Counted from the first letter of the stretch, positions 22,426-35,674 are shown. The stretch: DNA of 64,000 bases from an uncultured Chloroflexia bacterium (GCA_963805645.1 CAWDVA010000002.1:48923-112922); one strand, 5' to 3'. Notes: generated by a model not told the origin, from the sequence alone. Made by a program: numbers and translations.

Positions 22426-23598
22426 GTGGCGGACAAGATGGTCGCGTGGTCCGGCTACCAGAACGAGATCTACCTCGCCGGCACCGCCGGCGCCCGTCCG
22501 ACCGTCCCGCTCAACCCGGACGCACTGGAGGAGCACGCACGCTCCGTGCTCAGCCCCGAAGCGTTCGCGTACGTCGCCGGTGGCGCCGGGGCGGAGCGGA
22601 CCATGGCCGCCAACCGTGAGGCACTCGACCGGCGTCGGCTCGTGCCGCGCCACCTTCGCAGCGTCACCGAGCGCGATGTCAGCTGCCACCTGCCCTGGGC
22701 CACACTGCCGGCCCCGATCCTCCTGGCGCCGATCGGGGTCCTGGGCATTGTCCATCTCGAGGCCGAGCTGGCGGTGGCCGAAGCGTCACGCGCCACCGGC
22801 GTGGGATTTCTCCTCTCGACGGTCTCGTCGCATCCGATGGAGCAGGTGGCGACGGCCGCCGGGGAGGCGCCGCACTGGTTCCAGCTCTACTGGCCACGGG
22901 ACCGCGACCTGTGCGCGTCGTTCGTGCACCGGGCCGAGGCGGCCGGGTATGGGGCCATCGTGGTCACCGTCGACACCTGGCAGCTCGCCTGGCGACCCCG
23001 CGACCTGCAGAACGCCTATCTCCCGTTCCTGAGCGGCGAGGGCCTCGCCAACTACCTGACCGACCCGGTCTTCCGCGGCGCGCTGCCGGTTCCCCCCGAG
23101 CAGGACCCGCGCCCGGCCATCCAGCGCTGGACCGAGATCTTCAGCGATCCTTCGCTGAGCTGGGAAGACCTCGCCTGGCTTCGGGAGCAGACCCCGCTTC
23201 CGATCATCCTCAAGGGCATCGTGCATGCCGATGACGCGCGTCGGGCGATCGAGGCGGGCGTCGACGGGATCGTGGCCTCGAACCATGGCGGACGCCAGGT
23301 GGACGGCGCCATCGGCGCGCTCGATGCGCTGCCGGAGGTGGTGGCGGCCGTCGACGGACGTGTCCCCGTGCTCTTCGACAGTGGCATCCGCACCGGCGCG
23401 GACATCCTGAAGGCCCTGGCCCTCGGAGCCAGCGCCGTGCTCCTGGGCCGACCGTACGTCTGGGCCCTCGCCCTCGGCGGCGCCGATGGGGTGGTCCAGC
23501 TGCTGCGCGGCCTCATGGCCGAGCTGGAGATCAGCATGGCCCTCTGTGGAGCGCGTTCCCTCCGCGAGGTGGGGCCGGAGCTCCTGGCAGAGACCTGA
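22426..23598 (+). CDS. FMN-dependent alpha-hydroxy-acid oxidase (lactate 2-monooxygenase-like)
   Basis: WFQLYW, SNHGGRQ, DSGIR, GRP. Confidence 0.9.
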   Translation: MADKMVAWSGYQNEIYLAGTAGARPTVPLNPDALEEHARSVLSPEAFAYVAGGAGAERTMAANREALDRRRLVPRHLRSVTERDVSCHLPWATLPAPILLAPIGVLGIVHLEAELAVAEASRATGVGFLLSTVSSHPMEQVATAAGEAPHWFQLYWPRDRDLCASFVHRAEAAGYGAIVVTVDTWQLAWRPRDLQNAYLPFLSGEGLANYLTDPVFRGALPVPPEQDPRPAIQRWTEIFSDPSLSWEDLAWLREQTPLPIILKGIVHADDARRAIEAGVDGIVASNHGGRQVDGAIGALDALPEVVAAVDGRVPVLFDSGIRTGADILKALALGASAVLLGRPYVWALALGGADGVVQLLRGLMAELEISMALCGARSLREVGPELLAET

Positions 23599-23645
23599 CG
23601 GCGGAACCGGCGCCATCGGTCCTTGGACGTATACTCGCTCTCCCG

Positions 23646-26600
<2,955 letters not shown>

Positions 26601-26830
26601 CGCCATCGGCTGCCGGGCAGTCAAATGTCATACGACCGCGAACCCCGGGGATGCACGAATGTTCCTGAGGGGACGCTCCCGTCCAGTCCGTTGCCGGGAT
26701 GCACCGATTAGGCGCCGATTCCGCACGATTTGCCCTCTGGTCAATGCGAGGCGAAGCCGCTAGCATGGGGCACTGCGCGGACCGGGGACGCGGTGATCCC
26801 GGGGGTCCGTCGCCATACATGGAGAGCTTC

Positions 26831-27124
26831 GTGAAGCAGCTGACCGCACCCAGCCGTGTCGTCGAACCACTCCCCTCGCCGACCACGGAGCTCCCGCTGG
26901 TCACCCGCTTCCGAGACCCATCGGTTCCCTACCAGGATCTCATCCAGTGCGAGCGCGACTGCATGCGCTGCACCTATGCGGCGACGCTCGGGTGCGACGG
27001 AAATTGCGGATCGTGCCCGCGACAGAGCTACTGCCCCTGCGTGAACCCGGCCAAGGTGCGCAACAAGAGCGTTCGCCTGACCGAGGTCGAGCTGACCGTG
27101 GTGCAACCGCTTGGACGCAATTAA
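26831..27124 (+). CDS. Small cysteine-rich hypothetical protein (97 aa)
   Basis: GGAG RBS before GTG; GC3-rich codons; 8 Cys; stop overlaps start of prfB. Confidence 0.7.
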   Translation: MKQLTAPSRVVEPLPSPTTELPLVTRFRDPSVPYQDLIQCERDCMRCTYAATLGCDGNCGSCPRQSYCPCVNPAKVRNKSVRLTEVELTVVQPLGRN

Positions 27125-28236
27125 GGACGAGGCTGAGCGACTCGCCAGCCTCGTAGCCGACACGGCGGTGCGACTTTGACTTGCCCGCCAAGGAAACCGA
27201 GCTCGCGGAGCTAGAGGCCCGCTCCACGGATCCCACCCTCTGGGACGACCCGGCCGGCGCACAGGCACTGCTGCGTCGAGCGGATGAGCTCCGGGACGAG
27301 ATCGCGGCCTGGCGTGGGCTGGAACAGCGCGCGCGGGCCACGGCCGAGATGGCCGAGCTGGCCGCTGCCGAGCCGGACGGCGGGAGCTCCATGAGCGCCG
27401 ACCTCGAGCGGGAGCTCGCCACGCTCCAGGCGGACTGGAAGCGGATGGAGGGCCAGCTGCTCCTTTCCGACCCCTACGATGCGAGCCCGGCAATCGTCTC
27501 GATCCACGCCGGCGCCGGCGGCACCGAAAGCCAGGACTGGGCCGAGATGCTCCTGCGCATGTACCTGCGCTGGTCGGAGCGGAACCGCTACAAGACCGAG
27601 ATCCTGGACCAGACCGAGGGAGAGGAAGCCGGTCTCAAGTCGGTCACGGTGGGGATCACGGGCCGATGGGCGTACGGGCGCCTGAAGTCGGAACGTGGCG
27701 TCCACCGTCTCGTCCGGATCAGCCCGTTTGACTCCCAGAAGCGACGGCACACCAGCTTCGCCCTGGTCGAGGTCATGCCCGAGGTGCCGGAGGACGCAGA
27801 GGTCGAGATCCGCGACGACGACCTGCGAGTCGAGACCTATCGCAGCTCCGGAGCGGGCGGGCAGCACGTCAACAAGACGGACTCCGCGGTGCGGATCATC
27901 CATCTGCCGACGGGGATCGTGGTCACCTGCCAGAACGAGCGCAGCCAGATCCAGAACCGACAGCGCGCGATGGCCGTTCTGCGGGCGAAGCTGATCGAGC
28001 GCAAGATGGAAGAGCGCGAGGCGGAGCTCGCGAAGCTGCGCGGCGTGCATGTCGAGGCGGGCTGGGGCAACCAGATCCGCAGCTACGTGCTCCAGCCCTA
28101 CACCATGGTGAAGGACCTGCGAACCGGCGTGGAAACCTCGAACCCGACCGCCGTCCTGGACGGTGACCTCGACGAGTTCATCGACGGCTACCTGCGGTCA
28201 CGGATCGGCGAGACCAGCGAGGTGGCGGCGCCATGA
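27111..28236 (+). CDS. prfB: Peptide chain release factor 2 with programmed +1 frameshift
   Basis: TTG start, MDAIKDEAERLASLVADTAVRL, then CTT-TGA-C at 27174-27180; downstream SPF and GGQ motifs. Confidence 0.96.
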
Positions 28237-28994
28237 GCATCACCGCCCCGGTGATGGCCACCGGCAGCATGGCGGAGCGAGCCGCGGTGCTCGCCGCCGC
28301 TGAGCCGGTGATCACCATGCTCGACGCCGGTGTGACCTACCCGAACGGCAAGGTCGCCCTGAGCGATGTCAACGTCACCATCCCGCGCGGCGACTTCGTG
28401 TTCCTGGTGGGTGCGTCGGGCGCGGGCAAGACCACGTTCATCCGCCTCCTCATTCGCGACGTGCTGCCGACGTCGGGCCGCGTCTCCGTGGCGGGCCGAG
28501 ACCTGGTGCGGCTCCGCCGTCGCGACGTGCCCCGCCTGCGGCGCCGCATCGGCATCGTGTTCCAGGACTTCCGCCTGCTGCCCGCCAAGACGGTCTTCGA
28601 GAACGTCGCCTTCGCCCTCGAGGTGACCGGTGCCAGCCGCGGCGAGATCCGACGCCGGGTGCCGATGCTCCTCAACCTGGTGGGCCTCCACCAGCACGTC
28701 GATCACCTGCCGACCCAGCTTTCCGGCGGCGAGCAGCAGCGGGTCGCGATCGCACGGGCCCTGGTCCACGACCCCGCCATCCTCATCGCGGACGAGCCGA
28801 CCGGCAACCTGGACCCGGTCACGAGCTGGGAGATCATCCAGCTGCTGATCCAGATCAACGCCCTGGGGACCACCGTGCTGATGGCGACGCACAACCAGGA
28901 GATCGTGAACGCCATGCGGCGCCGCGTCCTGGCGCTCGAGGGCGGGATGCTCGTCCGGGACGAGCCCCAAGCCGCGTACGAGCGGGAGTACTGA
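28233..28994 (+). CDS. ftsE: Cell division ATP-binding protein FtsE
   Basis: [32 protein letters not shown]. Confidence 0.95.
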   Translation: MSITAPVMATGSMAERAAVLAAAEPVITMLDAGVTYPNGKVALSDVNVTIPRGDFVFLVGASGAGKTTFIRLLIRDVLPTSGRVSVAGRDLVRLRRRDVPRLRRRIGIVFQDFRLLPAKTVFENVAFALEVTGASRGEIRRRVPMLLNLVGLHQHVDHLPTQLSGGEQQRVAIARALVHDPAILIADEPTGNLDPVTSWEIIQLLIQINALGTTVLMATHNQEIVNAMRRRVLALEGGMLVRDEPQAAYEREY

Positions 28995-29000
28995 GCGACC

Positions 29001-29909
29001 GTGCGATTCTTCCGATTCATCGGCTTCAGCGCCGTCCGCGCCTGGCAGGGGTTCTGGCGCAACGCGATGATGAGCCTGGCCACCACGGCAACCGTGGTGC
29101 TCATGCTCGTCCTGCTCTCCGGGCTCTTCATCGTGGTCAGCGGCCTGAACTCGGGACTCCAGTTCATCGAGAGCAAGGTGGGAGTCACCGCCGAGCTGGT
29201 GGGCGAACCGGACCAGCCGGACCTCACCACGGACCAGCTGGACGCGCTGATCACCTTCACGCGATCCCTGCCGGGGGTCGACACGGTGACCTACGTGAGC
29301 CCGGCGATGGCCATGCAGCGCCTCAAGCAGGTCTACGCGCAGCGCGGGCAGCAGCTGGACCTGGGCGAGTCGGGAGGCAACATCAAGCTCTACGCGAGCA
29401 TCGAGGTCTCACTCACCGATCCGTCGTACTCGGAGTCGGTGGCGAGCGCGCTTTCCGACCGCTCCGAGGTCGTGCAGATCACGACCAAGCAGGCCTCCGT
29501 GGACAAGCTCATTTCAGTCATCAACGTGATCCGGACGGTGGGCCTGGTGGCCATCACCCTGGTGGGCCTGACGGTGCTGTTCATGATCGTCAACACCATC
29601 CGGATCGCGGTCTACGCCCGCGCCAACGAGATCGAGATCATGCGGCTTGTGGGGGCATCGGACAGCTTCATCCGGTGGCCGTTCATCCTCGAAGGGATCC
29701 TCTGCGGCCTGCTGGGGGCCCTGGTGGCGATCGGCATGGTGGCCATCGTCTGGGACCCGATCCAGCCGATCCTCTACAACGTCTTCCAGATGCCCGTGGC
29801 GGTGGGCGCCCGCTTCCTGGCCACCCTCTCCGCGCTTCTCCTGGCCGTGGGCCTCGGCGTGGGCGCGGTGGGATCCTGGATCAGCGTCCGCTCCTATCTG
29901 AGCGCGTGA
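29001..29909 (+). CDS. ftsX: Cell division permease FtsX
   Basis: [23 protein letters not shown]...FIRWPF..EG. Confidence 0.95.
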   Translation: MRFFRFIGFSAVRAWQGFWRNAMMSLATTATVVLMLVLLSGLFIVVSGLNSGLQFIESKVGVTAELVGEPDQPDLTTDQLDALITFTRSLPGVDTVTYVSPAMAMQRLKQVYAQRGQQLDLGESGGNIKLYASIEVSLTDPSYSESVASALSDRSEVVQITTKQASVDKLISVINVIRTVGLVAITLVGLTVLFMIVNTIRIAVYARANEIEIMRLVGASDSFIRWPFILEGILCGLLGALVAIGMVAIVWDPIQPILYNVFQMPVAVGARFLATLSALLLAVGLGVGAVGSWISVRSYLSA

Positions 29910-30014
29910 CTGCCTGACCGCGGCCGGGACGGCCCGGCTCGCCCATTCGAACCGTGATGGCCCCGTGACCGGCCCCGCACGGGAACGATGCTAGACTCAC
30001 GGAGCCCCCCAACG

Positions 30015-31484
30015 ATGACGAGCACCGATCCGACCGAGACGCCCACCCCGGCGTCCACCGAGCAGACACCCACACCACCGACGGTTCCGTCAGTGCCGAT
30101 GCCGACCGCTGCCCCCGTGGCGCCGGCCTCGCGCTCCTTCGGGTCGCCCGCCGGCTGGATCGTGGCGCTGGCGCTGGCCTCCGTGGTGGGTGCCCTGCTG
30201 TTCGTGGGCGGCTACCTGGCCGCGGGCGGCAACCGCACGACCGGATGCTCCGCGCCGGCGGCCGCCTTCGCCCCGTTCTGCGACGCGTACGACAAGCTCA
30301 AGAGCGAGTACGTCGATCCGCTCGACGACTCGACGCTCGTCCAGGGCGCCATCCAGGGCATGTTCCAGTTCGGAGTGCCGGACCCGAACACCAGCTACAT
30401 GCCACCGACCCAGTACCAGCAGGCGCTGGGGGATCTGTCCGGCAAGTTCAGCGGCATCGGCGCCGAGATGTCGGTGAAGAACATCCAGAACCCCACCGAC
30501 CTCGCCTCGTGCACCACCCTGTCGGACGCCTGCGTGCTGGTGGTCGTGAGCCCCCTCTCCGGCTCTCCCGCCGAGAAGGCCGGGTTGCAGCCGGGCGACA
30601 TCGTCACCGCGGTCGACGGCACCAGCGTCAACGGGTCGACGATCAACGACCAGATCACCAGGGTGCGCGGCGCGACCGGCACCAAGGTGACGCTCAGCAT
30701 CAAGCGCGGCGACTCCGCCTTCGACGTCACCATCACCCGGGCCGAGATCACCATGAAGGAGGTGGAGACCAAGCTGATCGACGGGCACATCGGCTACATC
30801 GCGCTCCACGCCTTCAGCGACGCGTCGCCGGACGAGTTCAAGGCCGGGCTCAAGAGCCTCCTGGACCAGGGGGCCGACCAGATCGTCTTCGACCTGCGTA
30901 ACAACGGCGGCGGCTACATCCTCTCGGCCCAGAAGATCGCATCGCAGTTTGTCAGCTCGGGGACCATCTTCACCCAGGAGTCCTCCGGCGGCGAGGTCAA
31001 GACCTGGAGCGCGCTGGACGGCGGATTGGCGACGAATCCGAAGATCCCGGTCGTGGTGCTCGTCAACGGGGGCAGCGCGTCCGCCTCGGAGATCGTGAGC
31101 GCAGCGCTCAAGGAGCTCGGGAGAGCGACCCTCATTGGCGAGCCCACGTACGGCAAGAACACCGTGCAGGTCTGGGCTCCGCTGCAGAACGGCGGCGGCG
31201 TGCGGATCACCATCAGCCGCTGGTTCCCGCCGAACCACGACAGCGTTCATCCCGATGGCGTCCAGCCCGACATCGCGGTGACCATCCCCGACGGGACGCC
31301 GCCCGAGAAGGACCTGATCCTGGACCGTGCGGTCGCCTACCTGGGCTCCCTGACCGGAGGCGCACCCGCTCCATCGCCGGTGCCTTCGGCCTCGCCCGGG
31401 CAGGCCGCGCTGGCCCCGGTTGGCGGATTCTTTGACCGCATGCTGAGCTGGGATCCCGGCGGGCTGACGAACGCGTACGGCTGA
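30015..31484 (+). CDS. ctpA: S41 carboxy-terminal protease (PDZ)
   Basis: N-terminal TM, FSGIG, PDZ, DLRNNGGG, SASASE, TYGK. Confidence 0.92.
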   Translation: MTSTDPTETPTPASTEQTPTPPTVPSVPMPTAAPVAPASRSFGSPAGWIVALALASVVGALLFVGGYLAAGGNRTTGCSAPAAAFAPFCDAYDKLKSEYVDPLDDSTLVQGAIQGMFQFGVPDPNTSYMPPTQYQQALGDLSGKFSGIGAEMSVKNIQNPTDLASCTTLSDACVLVVVSPLSGSPAEKAGLQPGDIVTAVDGTSVNGSTINDQITRVRGATGTKVTLSIKRGDSAFDVTITRAEITMKEVETKLIDGHIGYIALHAFSDASPDEFKAGLKSLLDQGADQIVFDLRNNGGGYILSAQKIASQFVSSGTIFTQESSGGEVKTWSALDGGLATNPKIPVVVLVNGGSASASEIVSAALKELGRATLIGEPTYGKNTVQVWAPLQNGGGVRITISRWFPPNHDSVHPDGVQPDIAVTIPDGTPPEKDLILDRAVAYLGSLTGGAPAPSPVPSASPGQAALAPVGGFFDRMLSWDPGGLTNAYG

Positions 31485-31511
31485 CCCGTTGCCGGCTGGC
31501 GGCATCGCTGC

Positions 31512-31640
31512 TAGCATCACGCGCAACGAAAGGAGGTGGTGTGCAGTGAGTAGTCCCTGTCACGCCACCACCGAGGCGGTGCGATAACCACCCTTCGCGT
31601 GGTAGCGAGGTGAGAGCCGGCTGAAACGGCCGGCTCTTTC
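31512..31640 (+). other. Candidate small RNA / 13-codon sORF unit (ORF 31546-31587, MSSPCHATTEAVR)
   Basis: TAGCAT -10-like box, AAAGGAGGTG SD, GTG...TAA, downstream hairpins and terminator. Confidence 0.55.
31612..31640 (+). terminator. Intrinsic terminator-like hairpin upstream of smpB
   Basis: AGAGCCGGC-TGAAACG-GCCGGCTCT followed by TTC. Confidence 0.7.
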
Positions 31641-31690
31641 CATGCCTGCCGAGTCTTCGCCGATGAGCCGAAACAGCGCGAAACGGACCC

Positions 31691-32155
31691 ATGCCTGACA
31701 AGACGATCGCCCTCAACCGCAGAGCACGCCACGAGTACGCCGTCAGTGAAACGCTGGAGGCGGGCCTGGTGCTGACCGGGACGGAGATCAAGTCGATCCG
31801 GGCCGGCAAGGTCAACCTGGCCGAGGCGTACGCGCGCATCGAGCACGGCGAGGCCTGGCTCATTGGTGCGCACATCGCCCCGTACGAGCAGGGCAACCGC
31901 TACAACCACGAGCCGCGACGGACGCGCAAGCTGCTCCTCCACCGCGACCAGATCGCGGAGCTGGTGGGGCTGACACAGGCCAAGGGCCAGACCCTGGTGC
32001 CCCTGCGCCTCTATATCCGCGATGGCCGAGCGAAGGTCGAGCTGGGCATCGCCCGCGGCAAGAAGACGCACGACAAGCGGCGCACCATCGCGGAGCGCGA
32101 CCAGCGGCGCGAGCTGGAGCGCGAGGCCAAGACCGCAGGGCGGATCAAGCTCTAG
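31691..32155 (+). CDS. smpB: SsrA-binding protein
   Basis: [36 protein letters not shown]. Confidence 0.98.
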   Translation: MPDKTIALNRRARHEYAVSETLEAGLVLTGTEIKSIRAGKVNLAEAYARIEHGEAWLIGAHIAPYEQGNRYNHEPRRTRKLLLHRDQIAELVGLTQAKGQTLVPLRLYIRDGRAKVELGIARGKKTHDKRRTIAERDQRRELEREAKTAGRIKL

Positions 32156-32274
32156 GGAGTTGATGCCCCTTCAATCTCGGGCCGGGTTGGGGTGCGGGCG
32201 ATCCCGGGGCGCGCGACGCGCGAATGGTCTCAGATCCCCCACCCGGCGACTGGTAGGGGGTGCCCGGAGCCTCC
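32156..32274 (+). ncRNA. Candidate structured RNA (long irregular hairpin), family unassigned
   Basis: Nested complementary segments across the whole intergenic region (see findings). Confidence 0.4.
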
Positions 32275-32279
32275 GCGGC

Positions 32280-33116
32280 TCAGCGCGGCACGAACCAGGT
32301 GACGGGACGTTCCACGTCGGCGGCCACGACCAGGACGGTTCCGCGAAGGACATCCATCCCGATCACGCCCTCGACCGTGCCATGGGCCTCCGGCGTCATG
32401 AACACCGGGCCCATGGGCAGTAGCGCGTCGCCGATGCGCAGCCGGGCTCCCTCGACCGTGGGCGACCGCATCTCCCGTCCACCAATTGCTCGACCACTGA
32501 CCGCCTCGGCGCCAAGGGCCATGCCGGGCAGGGCCGCGGCGGCGAACGACGTGGAGCGCGCCCCCGAGTCGAGCAGGGTCAGCATCTCGCGGTGACCGTC
32601 GACGGCACCGTGCACCAGGATGGTGGTCTCGGACGGATCGCGCCCGAGGCGGACCGGGCGAAGGGAGGGATGTCGGCGTCGCAGCTCGGCGAGAACCGCC
32701 TCGAGCGGACCGTCGACCACGGACAGCTCCGGCGAGGCAAGATCCAGGACGATCCAGGCCGACCGATGCAGCGCCTGCGGGCTCAGGAACCCGCCGATCC
32801 CCCAGCCCGCGAAGGGCGGAGGCCCTTCTGCGACGGGAACGCCGTGCAGCGACATCGGCCAGCCGGTCAACGAGCCCTGCAGGCGGTCGACGCGCCAGGA
32901 TGGGACGGAGTCGCCCGCCGCATCGGTCCCGGGTTCGTCCGGCGACAGATCGGCTCCGATGCGTCGCGCGAGATCAAGGGTGAGGACATGCTCCGAGGCG
33001 CCGGTGTCGCAGATCAGTCGCGTCCCCACGCCACCCACCACGGCGAGCACCATGGGTGCATGCGTCAGCTCGCCGGTGGCGGTTTCGTACGTGATTGGCG
33101 TGCGCAGCAGCTCCAC
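32280..33116 (-). CDS. Two-domain retropepsin-like aspartyl protease
   Basis: ICDTGAS and LLDSGAR motifs; GVIGMD flap motif. Confidence 0.8.
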   Translation of the reverse strand: MELLRTPITYETATGELTHAPMVLAVVGGVGTRLICDTGASEHVLTLDLARRIGADLSPDEPGTDAAGDSVPSWRVDRLQGSLTGWPMSLHGVPVAEGPPPFAGWGIGGFLSPQALHRSAWIVLDLASPELSVVDGPLEAVLAELRRRHPSLRPVRLGRDPSETTILVHGAVDGHREMLTLLDSGARSTSFAAAALPGMALGAEAVSGRAIGGREMRSPTVEGARLRIGDALLPMGPVFMTPEAHGTVEGVIGMDVLRGTVLVVAADVERPVTWFVPR

Positions 33117-33197
33117 CGCGGGATGGTGGCCGATGACGCCTAGAACAGGTGTTCACATCGGCACATCGGTCTGGTAGAATGCGCCCGTTCGGTTCGT

Positions 33198-33560
33198 GGG
33201 GATGTCAGGTTTCGACAGGGCTCAGGGACCGGAGATCGCAGGTCGAGGTCGCCCGCAGGCCTCGTTAAACCGCGGGCAAAGCCAGTAACTGGCAACAACA
33301 GTTACGCCCTCGCCGCTTAGTCGGTGAGCATCGACACCGTCCCCCCTCCCCGGACGGTGAAGATGTCATCAGGGGAGGTGCGGCGTCGCCGACTCCGGTG
33401 AGCGGCGTCAAAGAGCCGAGAGGCACCACCGGATAGCAAGCGGAGCACCCCGCCGGTCGGGGACCCGCAACGCGAAGCGCAAGTTGGCCGGAAATACCTG
33501 TAGGAAGTCTCCGGCGACTCGGTTCTGGACGGGGAGTTCGATTCTCCCCCATCTCCACCA
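33198..33560 (+). ncRNA. ssrA: tmRNA; tag (A)GNNSYALAA at 33291-33320
   Basis: 5' GGGGATG..TTCGAC; 3' T-arm GTTCGATTC and CATCTCCACCA with G3-U wobble; tag ORF ends YALAA-TAG; TAGAAT at 33175-33180. Confidence 0.97.
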
Positions 33561-33738
33561 CACACCCCATCCGCGCAGGGAAGGCTCTCCTCCCCCTTGC
33601 CTGCCGCCGGCATGTCGACGCTCACGCGTCCGGCCCAATTTGAACCGTGGCGAGGTTTCGTCCGCCTGATCAGTGAAGGATGCGCGCGTCCTCGTCGACG
33701 GCAGCCGGCGTCGGACCACGCCTGACAGGAGGGAACCC

Positions 33739-34326
33739 ATGCGTCATTCGCCGACGGGCAGGGGTGTGCTCGGCATCGCCGTCATCTCTGCTCTGCTGAT
33801 GTTCACGGCCGCGCAGCCGGTGCTTGCGAACCGCGGGCACCCGAACCAGATGGTCCCGTTCAGCGCAAGGTTCACCACCATGCAGACCGGCATGGACGCG
33901 ACATTCACGACACCGGGTGCCGAGCGCTGCACCATCCCGCCGCCGGGCCTCGGGTGGTTCTCGGTGTTCGATGGCCAGGGCGTCGGCACCCACATCGGGC
34001 GCTACGTCGAGCACAACACGCACTGCACGTACGTGGACGGACCCACCGCCAGCGGCGTCCGAGGCCACATCGAGCTCGCCGAGGACAGGATCGTCACCGC
34101 CAACGGTGACGTCCTGACCGGCGTCTACCAGGGAACCTGGGAGGTGAACTATGTCACCGGTACTGCGACCGTCGACATGACATACCAGGTCACCGGTGGT
34201 ACCGGGCGCTTCGCCGGAGCCTCCGGTGCCGGCACCTCCCATCTCGATCAGTCGATCACCACCGGCGCGGGCGTGGGGTACCAGGCGGGCTGGATCTCGT
34301 ACGACGCGTCGGACCGCGCTCACTGA
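33739..34326 (+). CDS. Secreted beta-rich hypothetical protein (dirigent/AOC-like barrel)
   Basis: AGGAGG RBS, signal peptide, VTGGTGRFAGASG motif. Confidence 0.7.
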   Translation: MRHSPTGRGVLGIAVISALLMFTAAQPVLANRGHPNQMVPFSARFTTMQTGMDATFTTPGAERCTIPPPGLGWFSVFDGQGVGTHIGRYVEHNTHCTYVDGPTASGVRGHIELAEDRIVTANGDVLTGVYQGTWEVNYVTGTATVDMTYQVTGGTGRFAGASGAGTSHLDQSITTGAGVGYQAGWISYDASDRAH

Positions 34327-34416
34327 CGCGGCATCTCCCCGTCCCGGGCCGCGCCGCCGCGATGCGGCGCGGCCTAGACTGTGGCCGAGCCCAAGCATTC
34401 GCGTAGGAGGCAAGCC

Positions 34417-34791
34417 ATGAGCGATGCACCGCGCGCCGTGCCACCGTCGGCGCTGATCGAACTTCCCGACCTGCAGACGGCCGGCATGCGGCGCCGGCAG
34501 GCGTTTGCCGAGGAAGACCGATGGATCGGCTACGTCAGCAGTGAGCCCGGCGAGTGGAGCGGCTGGCACCACCACGGCGAGCATGACACGTACCTGTACG
34601 TGCTCGCGGGCGTCGTCGAGTTCGAGTACGGCAACGAGCACGCGACCGCCACCATCGGCCAGGGCGAGTTCGGCCACATGCCGCACCACGTCGTCCACCG
34701 CGAGCGCACGCGACCGGGCCAGACAGGCGAGGTCGTGCTGGTCCGCATCGGCCACGGACCGACGGTGTTCAACGTCGACGGGCCTGGCTGA
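34417..34791 (+). CDS. Cupin domain protein
   Basis: SGWHHHGEHDT, MP..VVHRE; AGGAGG RBS. Confidence 0.85.
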   Translation: MSDAPRAVPPSALIELPDLQTAGMRRRQAFAEEDRWIGYVSSEPGEWSGWHHHGEHDTYLYVLAGVVEFEYGNEHATATIGQGEFGHMPHHVVHRERTRPGQTGEVVLVRIGHGPTVFNVDGPG

Positions 34792-34795
34792 GGTA

Positions 34796-35674
34796 TCAGC
34801 TCGCCGTCAGCCCTCGCCCCTCGGGTCGCGTCAGCTCCGGCATCACCGGAATGACGATGACGTATTTCCCATCCTTGTCGGGGTGTGGTCCGTCGTAGAG
34901 CAGGTGCCAGGGCATGAAGTCCTGCGGCAGATCCTCGACGGCCACCAGCGTGTCGGGCGGGTTCGACTCGCCCCAGATGCTCGAGATGCGCGGATACCAG
35001 ACGTCCTCGATGTAGACCCCGGTGACGGTGAAGTCATTCGTCACGGCGGGATCACGAGTCGCCTCGAAGCCGGACATGACCCAGGAGTGCACGCCCTTCC
35101 AGACCAGGAGGCCCGCCGGACGGTTCGTGAGGCGCACCTGCCTGGCCGCGAGCTGGATCGCCGCCTCGAGCGTGGGCTGGATGCTCACCTCATAGGATCC
35201 ATAGCCGAGCCGCTGCAGGCCGATGGCCCAGGCCTCCGGCTCCGCGCCACCTTCGCGGTCAGGGGCGATGCTCCGCGCGTAGCTCCACAGCTGCTGCTGG
35301 GTCGCCTTCGAGACATCGGCACCGGCGTCCATGATGTTCATTGAGGTCTGCATGGCGGCCGCCAGGCACCAGGTGTCCAGGTACTCGCGTGCGTAATCGC
35401 CGTCCCGATACAGGTCCATCCCGAACGGTCCCGGGGTGGGGGTCGGCGTGGACGGGCCCGTTGCCGGCGAGAGCGATGGCGTCGCCGTCGCAGCCGGCAG
35501 CGCCGGGACCGATGGGCTGGCGGGCGGCCACTCCCGCTGCCAGGGGCTGACCGATGGCGCCACCGCCCGGATGGCACCACCCAGGACCCCGAACGACGTC
35601 CCCAGGCCGATGAGCAGGACCGCGGCCACCACGATGCCCGTCAGCGCCTGGCCCGGTCTGGGTCGCAGGCTCAT
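34796..35674 (-). CDS. Membrane-anchored or secreted protein with putative papain/C39-like domain
   Basis: N-terminal TM, Pro/Thr linker, WCLAAAMQ (Cys) and G.HSWVMSG (His). Confidence 0.65.
   Translation of the reverse strand: MSLRPRPGQALTGIVVAAVLLIGLGTSFGVLGGAIRAVAPSVSPWQREWPPASPSVPALPAATATPSLSPATGPSTPTPTPGPFGMDLYRDGDYAREYLDTWCLAAAMQTSMNIMDAGADVSKATQQQLWSYARSIAPDREGGAEPEAWAIGLQRLGYGSYEVSIQPTLEAAIQLAARQVRLTNRPAGLLVWKGVHSWVMSGFEATRDPAVTNDFTVTGVYIEDVWYPRISSIWGESNPPDTLVAVEDLPQDFMPWHLLYDGPHPDKDGKYVIVIPVMPELTRPEGRGLTAS

Noticed and set aside
26601-26760. Possible riboswitch downstream of secA
   Set aside because: No known aptamer consensus or convincing nested stems; more simply promoter-upstream sequence
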